From Tubiluchus corallicola (lineage: Eukaryota > Animalia > Priapulida): a stretch of 64,000 bases of DNA. Within the stretch, counting starts at the first letter, position 1. Every line of letters starts with the position of its first letter. The position numbers and the translations under genes were made by a program. Positions 12,501 through 24,500 of the stretch are shown one piece after another. Location of the stretch: contig JAQGDQ010000093.1 in assembly GCA_030141605.1 (NCBI GenBank), positions 372,001 through 436,000 on the forward strand. The letters are read 5' to 3'. Under the pieces are notes generated by a model. It was not told the DNA's origin. It saw only the letters and a program-made list of their open reading frames with translations, and searched no databases.

Positions 12501-15500
12501 GGCACTAGTGCCTGTCCAACAAGCAAATGACGGAATGCATGTAACAGCAAGTAACTAGTGGTGCGAACGTGAAATTGTGTTTGTGTGGTAATAATTTTTT
12601 CATGTAAGTCATTTTAAAAAAATAGTGTATTTCCTTTCAATATTTCAAAGAAGAGATTGTTTTGATCTGAGTTTAAGATTGAGTCCAGTTTTGCTTTAAC
12701 TGCAAAAACTTATGTTAGACACAACTGTGTGACATAGTCCGTAATATTTTATTTTGTATTTTATTACAGCGTGATATTGGAGATGCAGAATACATTGCTG
12801 TCTTTACTCAGCTTGTTCTTCCTATTGCCTACCAGGTAAGTGGCTTGACTTTTATAAGTAACTTTAGTACTGGCCCGTTGAATACTTTCAAAGAATATCT
12901 ATTGCACTGGGTATGATAATTTAAAACACGAGCATCCTAAAATCGCAAAGGTTAGTCTATAATAGTTTAATTATTCAATAACTATTGCTATTCAATAGTT
13001 GAATTCTTGAGTTGAACTCTAAAATAGCTATTGAATATTTACAGTGCTCAGACACACCACTTTTTGTAATTTGAAATTGTTTTATAAACGTGCTTACAAG
13101 GTAGGCTTGCCTGCACTATTTACTATTACTATTATTATTACTATTGCTATTGCTATTACTGTTACTGTTACTATAACTATTACTATTGCTATTGCTATTA
13201 CTATTACTGGTACTGTTACTGTTACTATTACAATTACTATTTCTATTGCTATTACTATTACTGCACTCTTTACTATTACTATTACTGATACTGTTACTAT
13301 TACTATTACTATTACAGTTACTGTCACTATTACTGTTACTATTACTATTACTATTACTATTACTATTACTGCACTCTTTACTGTTACCATTACTGTTACT
13401 GTTACTATTACTGCACTCTTTACTATTACTATTCCTATTACTATAACTATTACTATTACTTTAAGTTTGTCTGCACTTTTTAAAAAGGTATCAAAATGGT
13501 CTAAACTTTGTGCGTAATTAATGTTAATTTGTATCAATCTTATCAGACCTCACTTTGCACGCACGAGTCACACACTATTAATTGATTTATCACGATAAAT
13601 AAAAATGGCAGTAAATCTTGATTTTACCAGATAAAACTGAAAAAAATACCAATTTTTTTTCGCAAACCAGTTTAGAGTGTTGGCCGCCACATCTTTCACA
13701 ACTTTAAATAAATTTATCTCAAAAGGAAAACAACCCAAACGACGTCTCGTTTTATTGTGGTTAGCAACCAACCTTAACTTTGTATAAAGTTAGTAGGTTA
13801 ATGAGTTACTCCGCTGCAAATACGCCGTTACCAGGTAGATGCAGCAACATGGGAATAATGATTTACAAACAGGGGCGTATCAAGGCTTTACAACACCCTA
13901 GACTGATAACGCTGTCCTGCCTGTTTCTGTTGTGAATTTATGGTTGCTTATGTAATGAGACGATTAACAATTACTTGTGGTGTATTACAAGGTCTATGGT
14001 TGCATAGAAATTTTCAGGTAATAACCACCATTCACTTGAAAATTATGATGTAACTGGTGGACTTCATGGTTTTTCGTAAGTGCATCGTGGCTTTCCTTAA
14101 GTGTGCCGTGCTTAAACTATTTCAGATTTCTGCAGCTTATTTAATGTTCACACAAAAATATGACAAAGTTAGCTATATATAATTTCTTTGGAAAAAACTT
14201 ATTGCAATTTTGACGGAAAATCAACAGTGCGCTACTTTTCTCCAGTTGATGAATAACAAACATCACTGGCGGAAAAATTGTGTTCAAGATGGGAGTTCCC
14301 CAGTTGATGAATGACATCACTGGTGGAAAAATTGTGTTCAAGATGGGAGTTCTTCAGTTGATGAATGACATCAGAGGTGAAAAAATTGTGTTCAAGATGG
14401 GAGTTCTCCAGTTGATGAATGACATCACTGTTGGAAAAATTGTGTTCAAGATGGGAGTTCTCCAGTTGATGAATGACATCACTGGTGGAAAAATTGTGTT
14501 CAAGATGGGAGTTTTCCAGTTGATGAATGACATCACTGCTGGAAAAATTGTGTTCAAGATGGGAGCTCTCCAGTTAATGAATGGCATCACTGCTGGAAAA
14601 ATTGTGTTCAAGATGGGAGTTCTCCAGTTGATAACGAACAGGTGCAAGGTACAGTGTTCCCTCACTTATCGCGGATGTTTCGTTCCAGGCCCACCTGCGA
14701 AGTAGGGACGCTATACTTATTTTAGTAGTTATACATTATTATATCTACTATTAAGTCTTTATACCCCCCCCCCACACTCTTATACATAACCCTTTTCCAG
14801 TCCCTTAATAACTTTTGCCATATTGTACATGTACATTTTTTTACATTTTGTGTTTTTTTTTGCAAAATTCGTCAAATCTATACATTACTGTACAATACGT
14901 ACTACGCTTGTGCAAAAATACTTTGGTCGGAGTACCACAAAAACCCACGAAACAGCAAAAATACCGCGATAAATATTTTACATTAATATTTGTGAAAACC
15001 CGCGAAACAGCAAGTCCGCAATAAACGAACCGCGAAGTAGCGAGGGAAAACTGTATTACATAACAAGCAGTTGAACAGCCTACCGTATTTTCCCATGTAT
15101 AAGAGACCCTTGTGTATAAGAGACCCCTTCAATTTTTAGGCAAAAATTCTGGAAAAAAGTTTTTTGGTAATGAATAACTTTATTCATCATAGAAATCATT
15201 AAATTCCTCATCACTCTCATCAAAAATATCAACTGGAGTCAGACCTTCAACTCAGTGCGGTACTGAAAACAAAACCTGTGTCACGATGCTTGTATTGCTT
15301 ACAACCGCTTCATAGTCGAACGCGACACGCCTTGCTTAGGCTGACTCATCTCGTTGACCTCTGCCGACGTAACAATGACGTCGACGGGCATGCAGAGAGC
15401 TTATGCAGATGCGTTGATTGGCTGCAGAACAATCGATTTCTCTCCAAGCAGAACAATCGATTTCTCTCCAATACCAAAGAGACATTTAAAAAAATAATAA

Positions 15501-18500
15501 CTTACCCGGTACATTAATTTTATCATTAGAATTTAGCCATGGAGAAGATTTATTGAAAGGAAACTATAATTATTCGAAATAAAACAGTTGTAGAGCACTT
15601 ATTTCTTTAAAATCATTAGTGTCACAATTTATGCATCTTATTGAAAAGACTTACTCCCATGTATAAGAGACCCCCTATTTTTAAAGTGAAAATTCTGAGC
15701 AAAAAAGGGTCTCTTATACGCGGGAAAATACGGTACTTAGATATAAATGCTATGCAAATACATGTAATTAAAAATGGAAATATAGAAACTAGGTTAATTG
15801 TGTTTCTAATACACGACAAGTAATTGTTCAATCTGCTTGTTAGATAAAGAACCACAAATTCACGATGAAGATGTGCTGGACAGAACTATCAGCCTAAAGT
15901 CTTGACATGCCCCTGCACTTGTGTCACCTGTGTGATGGCAGTTCTCCTCTTTCGTATCTCCTGAAACTACTATTTTAATAATTAAGTGTGTGACAATTAA
16001 CATTGCATAATTGTTTCGTAAACAACGCACTATATCGCTGCACGCTAACAGTCACTTTCAGGTAATAATAAAAAGTGTAATAAAATTCATTATGTAATAG
16101 GTTGTTTATGAAACGGATATTGTTCTGGTTATAAAGAATTTAAGAACTTTATTATGTAAAATTTATTTTACTGGGAAGTAGAGGCAGTTTTTTTGGTGCT
16201 GCTCTCCAATGTGCACATATAACTAAGCTTAATGAGTGAACCAATTAGGGTTCAGATCTAAATTTTCATATTTTTTATTTTTTCTTAATGAAACTAAAAA
16301 AATTGTTGTCCTACTTACAAGTGAAACGTTATAAACCACCAATTTTTTTCAATAATGATAAGAAAAACGAGTTTAATAAATTTTGGGTATTCAAGAAGCT
16401 TAACTAGTGTAATGGTGACATATATTAACCAAGTTTTCAGCTAAGAGCTTTTAGTGCACCATAAAACACTATTCAACCTTAATAAATCTGTAGACCCTTA
16501 TCTTGTATGCCGATATCTGAGTATCATTAATCATACACTTCATTGTCTCATCGATCATAGTGCTATATAATCCCCCCCCCCCAACTAATTTTTGGCATTT
16601 TCTTCCCTGCACGTTTTACTTCCTGTTTTACCACCAACGTATGAAGTTATATTGTATTTCTTAATGATTTCTAATACTGTGACTGTCTTCAGGTGAGAGG
16701 CTTTTATATAGGTTCTTTTTTATAGACCTGTTAGACCAGTCACTTAGTACCGGTATATGATTTCACCTCCATTACGTATGTATTGTTCCAATTTTTTGTG
16801 TATTAATAAATACATTTTAAACCAACTAGTGCAAAGGATTTAGATCATTTTTAGCTGTGTTTTTGCAAATCTAATGAATCCTTTATGCCCTTTCACCTTG
16901 CTTGAAAACACTTTTTGCTGTTGTTTTTTTTTGTTTTTGTATTTCTGTACGTTTATGTATTTAATAGATGTATTTATCAGAAACAATTGTAAGGTATTTT
17001 GCTTAGTAGTTCGTAAATTTGTCATGGTTTTTGATTTTTGTTTTTTGCTGTTGTATTTTTGTTTTTGTATTTCTGCACGTTTATGTATTTTTTAATATAG
17101 CTGTGTCTACTGTCCTTAGCGTGCTTTTGTTTACTGTCCTTTGAGAAGGGTGGTTGACTCGATAACCTTTGGTTTTTCGCCACCCTTTCTCCCATGTTTG
17201 TTTGTATTTTTGTGTATTTTATTGTCAAATTATTGTATATGGAGGAAAATAAATTACTATTACTATTGAATGGGGGAAGGGGGGGGGGGAACTTCGTCAT
17301 GAAAAAAGCATCTTGATGTGGTGCCTGTATGTTTATACAATGGAAATATTTATGTTTTTAACTGCAACATTTAATTAACTATTCATTTACATTACAGCTG
17401 AAACATAAATAGTTTTAATAAATAAATAAGTAACGCAACTTATATACAAAACTCTATAGAGTACAATGAAGCAACCTGCAGCATATGCAAAAATCATGTG
17501 ATTCTCGTAACAGTATATTACAAGTGTTGTATATTAGAAATTATAAAAACATTTATACCACAGTCAGGGCCTTCTTAAACTCATAACTTTTGCCTAGCAA
17601 ATTCCACATCACAATTGTCTAATTCACCATATTTTCTTTGGTTTACTATCAGGGGCATATTAACCAATAGGTTAACCAGACTCTAGACTAGGGCGCCAAA
17701 CTTTGAGGGTGCTACATATTATAAAAAACTTTATTCTCCTCAGAAAATGTGTATACTTTCATATTCAAGTAAAGTGTGTATTTTATAACACACCACAGGC
17801 AATTACTGAGTGCAGTTTTTATGTAAGTATCACAGAACAAACAGGTGCAAGGTATTGCACAACAAGCAGTTGTGCAGCCTGCTTGAATATAAGTGCTGTG
17901 CAAATACATGTAATTAATAATGACCACTTAGAAACTAGATTAATAGTGTTTCTAATACACCACAAGTAATTGTTTAATCTCCTCATTAACAACCATAAAT
18001 TCACAATAGAGATGGGCGGGACAGCACTATCAGCCTAGGGCATTCCAAAGTCTTGATACGCCCCTGGTTACTAGTCCAATCGTCAAATGGCAAAGTTTTT
18101 CATTTTTTGCCAAAGCAACATGCTTTATCTTTTTCATCTGATCAAACTCCAGACATATTTGAATACCTCGACATCAAGTCCCATCAACAGTTTCGGTGAA
18201 ATTTGCTCTCGATTTCTGGAGAACTAAAAGTAGGTCGGTAAACTATGCAAACAAGACAATTACTTGTGAAAATAGTCACTTTTTACCAAATCAGCTGGGA
18301 ATAGTAATGATGGCAATTATTGAATTAGTCTTCTAACCAACTTAAACAAGACACTCTTTTCACCTTTCTGACATCCTCAAAGAAATGGCATGTACCAGTG
18401 TGGCTTAGTCATTCATCTCTTTCCTTGTGTTTAGCTTTGTTAACGGTTTTCAGACGACTGAGCACAAGTCACACTTAAATGGCTTTGATTTGTTTAAACT

Positions 18501-21500
18501 ATGCTGTCTCTTCTGTCATCATGTCTAGGTTTCTTGTGAGTTTTTAGACTGTTTTTGTGTAAAAGCAGTCGAGCACAAGTCACACTTAAATGGTTTTGAA
18601 TTGTTTAACCTATGCGGTGTCTTCTGTCATCATGTCTAGCTTTCTTGTGAGTTTTTAGACTGTGCAAGTCACACTTGGTTTCGAATTGTTTAACCTATGC
18701 TGTCTCTTCTGTCATCATGTCTAGCTTTCTTGTGAGTTTTTAGACTGTGCTTTTGTGTAAAAGCTGCCGGACACAAGTCACACTTGAATGGTCTTTCTCC
18801 AGTGTGAGTGCGTATGTGACTCTGTAGCGTGTCCCAGGCAGCAAATGCTCTCTCGCACACCTGGCATCTGTACTTTCTCTCACCTGTATGCGTGCGAAGG
18901 TGCTTTGTCAGGTAATATCCACAGGTAAACCCTCTTTCACACACCTCACATATGTAAGGCTTCTCGTTTGTGTGAGTTCGTATGTGCTGTCTGAGTCGTG
19001 ATTTCTTCTTGAATGTGAGGGAGCAGTGATCACACTGGAATGGACGCACGGAGGTGTGCACCTGCATGTGTGAGCATAGCAGTGACCTCTGGCGGAATTT
19101 TTTGCCGCATTTTTCGCAAGTGTAATTCTTTGTTTCGGAGTGTTTTTCTCTGTGAGCTTGAAGATTGGCCTTCTGGCGAAAACCGAGGCCACACTGATCG
19201 CAAATGTAAGGTTTTTCTCCTGTGTGGATTCTCATGTGCACCTAAAAACAACCGGACTTAGTTTAATACATTTCAAGTTCGAATTGCAAATGGATTTACG
19301 GATTTTTCCTGCTCAGAACTAATCATCAGTGTACAATATTTACAGGTAGCTGAATCTGATGCAACAAAACATGATTATGTTCTAGTGAGATGTGGAATTT
19401 GGTACCTGTTTTATCTCATAGTTTTAGTTGCCTTTATCTGAGAAAATTTAAATAGTTTTTATAGGGTTATTGATTTCTCTGAAGTATTTCCTGCTTCTTG
19501 TTTTGCACAAACTATCGCCACTAGGACATTGACTTAGTAATTCCTTGTAAAGCACCTCATGAATGTCACCTAGTTAAAAAAGCTTCCTGATTCAGTGAAG
19601 TGTTTTGCTGTTAAAAAAGGTAATGAAAAGCTGACACAGGGGCAGTAACTTTCGGGCAGTCACTCTGTAAACTTTCTGACTATCTCGCACTCAGTCTCTG
19701 GCAAGGCAGACTCTTGAAGTGCTTTTAAGTTTGGCAAACTTGGCTCATTGGAAGAAGTTATCTCTCATCACATATCTTTTATCATGGTGATATATTTGGA
19801 ACAGTGACGTTAGAAAAGTGAGTCAACTTAAAATAAACAGACGTCGAACAACAAACCTGCTGTACAGTGTTTTTTCTTACGAACGCAATGTACTACCAAA
19901 CGATCGTTAAAGACTACAGTAACAAAGTCACTGATTTAGACTAATAGACTGATGTTAATTTGCACTTATGAATCACCAGTTGTTGAAGCCAATTATTGTA
20001 TCATCTTGGCATTGTCAAGCATTTGATTAACCCTTTACTTTTTGTTCATAATTTTCTATAAAATGTTTAGTTATCAAAATTACTTTTGAAGCAACATTAA
20101 GTGATTAAATAATTCTAAGATATTAAGTAACATATATAAAATACCTGTAAACTGCAGTTAGATTTGAAGCAGCTTCCACACTCGGAGCATATGTGTCCCC
20201 TCGTCTGCCAGTGGGATCTCCGGTGACTAGCAAGCTTTGCCGGGCCATTAACCTTTGCTCCACACACGTCACACATTAGCACATCTTCGTCGACGTTGCG
20301 ATGGTCTCTTCTCTGCTGGTGTCTGATCAGCGCCTTCTTGTCAGTGAAACAAGCCCCACACTGGTCGCACAGCAATTGTTTCTTGTTATGCACATTGTTC
20401 GTGTGACAGGATAGAGTGTTTTTTGATTTAAACGAGAGTCCACATTCGGTGCACAGGAATTCCTTGTTGCTTCCGTGGAAAATGTCGACGTGCTTTTTTA
20501 GCTCTGTACTTTTGCTGAAGGATGCACGACACCTCTGACAGTGATACGTCAAACAAGGTACGTTGTTACCGTGGACAGTTTTGTGAGCCGTTAGTGCTTC
20601 CATGGTAGAGAACGACAGCTGGCACACGTGGCAGACAAACGGCTTGTCACCTTGGTGAATATGACTATGTCGAGTGAAGCTGGCCATCGTAGGAAACTTT
20701 GCTCCACACATTTCGCAAGTATAAGCGTTCTTGGCTTCATCACTATGGATGAATAAATGTGAGTGTAAGTGCTGCATTTGACAAAATATGGCACCACAGT
20801 AGCTGCAAGCATGAGAGAAGGCCTGAGTTTTCTCGGCGCCCATTTTACTCATCTCTCCTGTGCTCACATTACATCCTGTGTCCTGGCTTCTTTCATATTG
20901 CGAGTTGAGAGACAGAGGAACATGACCTCCAGAGATACGACTTTTTGTTTCTGCTAGGCCAGATAGATAACAGTTTGTCGATGGCATAACTAAGTTGTGA
21001 CTATTGTTTCTTTGTTTTAGATTCGTATTGTTAAAGCTAGATGGATGAGCATAGGTTTCTACTATTGCCGGCAGAGCGTGGTTCAGTGGAATAGTCGTGT
21101 TACGACTGGGTTGCCAATCTAGCTGATGCCATTTTTCTTTGTTTTGTTTACATGCTGTGCAAACAAAAGACATTCTTCCATAATGAAACTGGGTGTTTCC
21201 GCATGCTGAGCACAGAATTGGACGTGGTTTACCGTCGTCGTCTTCTGAAGACGTTAGCTTTTCTTTGGCAAAGTTTGCTTCATTCTTGAAGAATGAGTCA
21301 AGCTCGTCTGGTTGTTGGTTATCTCCATCCTCGTCTTGGTCGTTGCCAAACCAAAACAATCTCAAACTTTCTTGGCTGTCCTTCCTGCTTCGTTTACACG
21401 TGTGTTCTTTTCTAGAGTAGCGAGCTTTAGTTTTCTTGATGCCAGCGATGACTGGGGATGCACACTGCCTTGGCTTGTTTCGGATTTGTACAGCTGTCCC

Positions 21501-24500
21501 CGGTTCACGTTTCTTGGGTTTGCCACGTTTTCGCTTTGCACTGCCAGGAGGCATTTTTAACGGTTTGCATTTTTCTTTAGTATCACATTCAAGGTCGTCA
21601 GATTCGTAGTCGCATGTCAATGCATACCTTGCGGGTCGCACTCTTTTCCGTTTTGCGCTACCAGGTGTCTCTGTTGTGCGTCTGCCGTCTTGCGAATTTT
21701 CAGTTTTTTTATTTTGAGTATCGGTCTTTATTGTGTTCGCTTGCATATCTACAGCTTCTGGAAGTACTTGGCTTAATCTGTGACAAAAATGTAAATATAA
21801 ACCATTACTGCATTGAACAGACGCATTTCTGTTAAAAATAAGAAGGCTGCCGCGCAAGCTTTTAGCTGTTAGTTGTTTGACTTGTAGGGATTTTCGATCT
21901 AATTTTCGACATTAAAATATATGTTGAACCTTTATAAAAGGCATGTCTTTCTAATTATGTGCTAAAAGGTCTGACCATGCCGGAACTAGTACTTCTATTT
22001 TGTTGGCTGCTTGATTTTGATTACATTTATAACTAAACGGTTTTACGCACATACTGCAAAATATGTATTGTAGATTAGTTACCTGTGTTTGTACGACATT
22101 GCTATAGCCTTCCAGTAATCTCTCTCCTCCTCTGCACTGTCAAATTCTAGCTTTATCGATGGCGGCTCCATCGTCTGTTTTTTCTTGCCTAAATTAAGTG
22201 ACAAATGTGTGATTTATTTAGTAAATAGTTTTTCAAGGAATAAAACGTACCCATTTGAAACTACAATGCGCAATTAGTTTTTAAAACAGGCTTAGCATTC
22301 TGATGTAAGATTCCTGTGAAAGGCTGTAGTATTTTTTTATATTTTCTTATGTGAATGCTGCATAGACTTTTAGATCTTTAACTGAACAGTACTATTGCAG
22401 TGGCACCTGTGAATATATTTCTTTGTGTCCAAGGGAGAGGTGACGCTCTCCCTCTTATGGCGAGATTGGCATTTTGATATCCTTTTACACTAACACTTTG
22501 TACATTCTTGTACAGCTAGTACATAGTGTTTAAGTTCTATCGAAGATCTGAAGTTAAATGCAGCCAGCCGAAATTCTTTGTAACTCGGTTTTGTAATAAA
22601 ATTATGCCAACGTGATGCACGGTGTGCTAGCTGAAGATTATCCAGTTTAGCCAATCTCATTCAAATAATGAAGAAAAATAATGGCGTGCTGTACATAGTC
22701 TGGCCTGCCATTAGATAACGTATCCTTATTCTGGTAACCAATTCTTGAGTCATGCTGTACATGCTAACTGTACCTGTGCAGAGAATTCTACTTTTTGTTT
22801 ACCCCAAACATGACTAGAATCGCCACCAGCTGTTTAGCCTTATTACACTGTGCAACTCCAGTGTAATTCGAGGAACCACAAATTTTTCGTTCAACCTGTA
22901 CGAAATTATCTGATTGCACGCCCTGTATAACACGGAAATGGTGTCTGCAAAAATCAGTCGTCGCGTGCTGCCATCTTCCGTGAAGTTTGTAATTATTGAG
23001 CTTGCCAATTTTGCTGCTGTCGTCTGCTTTTCGCTCAATACTGTAATGTAATAACTTCGATATTTTGTATAAAAGAAGATGAGTACAGTTTTGCAGTGTA
23101 ACGTATAAGCAAATTTGCCCTTGGGGTTTGTTGCGAACGAATTCGCAAGTAGAACTATATACAGCGTAGGGTAAAGAAGAGAGTAGGGTAAAAAGGAAAG
23201 AACAATGGCGTAAACACGTTTTTTGTAGATCGTAAATTTATTTTAATAAAAAAGATCAGAAAGAGATTAAAGTAATTTTATCGTCTTACTTGTCTTATCA
23301 GCCGTTTTAGTTGTTTTTGAAACAGTAAGACAAGTTACAAATAATGCACAGAAAGAATCAAAATAAGAAACGGTGAGTTACAATGTTTGTACAAAAATGT
23401 TCTTGTAACTGTGATAAATCAACAGATATTTTAGGCGTACAACATTTAGTTCTTAAATTTTAATTTGTTTTTAGCTTACCAAAAAGCAAGTAAAAGTGAA
23501 ACATTTTGCTAATTTCGCTATATTTAACAGAAAATTGTACACTCTTATTCATGTACGTAAGAAATGTGAGGGAAAGGAATGACCATAAGCAAAAAGTAAA
23601 ATGTAACGAAGGTATTTAATATAAAAATTATAATCTTTAGCAAACGTCATTATTGAAACTAATAGATTATGATAATTAGTTTTGTTAATGACAGCAACAA
23701 GAGATTTTGACATTTTTATTTATTTATTTAATTTAAAACAAAAATATTCAAATAAAAAATATTTATAACAAAGTATAATTTTAATATGAAAGCAGTATAA
23801 AATGGATATGCTACACAGAATGAAATTTTACATATAAAAGGGCTAGTTAAAAGATTGTGGTTAAAAGCACAAAGAGCCAAAGCTACTTACAAGTGCCTGT
23901 TAAAAGACAAATGATTATTGAGATTTAGACCTTTTAAACGGTTTTAAAAAATTTCGCTGATCTGAGCACAGACCAATGGGGCATCACTGGTAGACTCTGG
24001 AAGTTCGTTCCAGGTTTTAATTATTCTGTTAGAGAGAAAGTTTTTAAAACAATCAAGTCTGCAGTTAATGGGTTGTAACTTAAAGCGGTGACCCCTGGCA
24101 GCTGGCTGAAGTAGACAAAAGTGCTTTGGTAAAAATGCATTTTTGTCTATAGTACTGTCTTCATGTAATATAAAATAACACATTGTCAAATCACAGTGTA
24201 TTTGACGAAGTTCAAGTGGCTCAAGATTTAAAAATGCTAATCGGTTAGGATATGACATACTGTCAAGACTGCACATAGCAAATGATTTGCGAGTGAAATA
24301 CTGCTGAACTATTGAACATTATACTTTTGTGTATTTTATACAAGGCGGAATTCTGCATTCAAACATGTTGCCTACTCAATCACGTGTGATCAGAGCCTGA
24401 TGTGATTCATTAACCTTCTAAGATGAGTCACTGGACTAGCCGAAGTGTCTCAGACATGTTCGGTGATAGGTCAACCTTTCACGAGGTAAACAGTGAAGTT

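Noticed and set aside
13044-13537. ORFs of poly-IT, poly-VI and poly-L
   Set aside because: Translations of an (ATTACT)n microsatellite in an intron; open in several frames with no splice support.
11788-14705. Regular 63-bp and 54-bp repeats as CRISPR arrays or repeat proteins
   Set aside because: Units are head-to-tail with no unique spacers, there are no cas genes, the context is eukaryotic and intronic, and both derive from interspersed repeats.
1-18400. Remaining NudE coiled-coil exons on the minus strand
   Set aside because: Scanned by eye for EFQE.SRE.EAELE-like coding segments and found none; small exons could have been missed.
21778-21857. N-terminal extension of ORF 20115-21857 (MRGSLLIF...)
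   Set aside because: Intronic read-through upstream of the acceptor at 21777; likewise the C-terminal VFYICYLIS lies beyond the donor at 20145.
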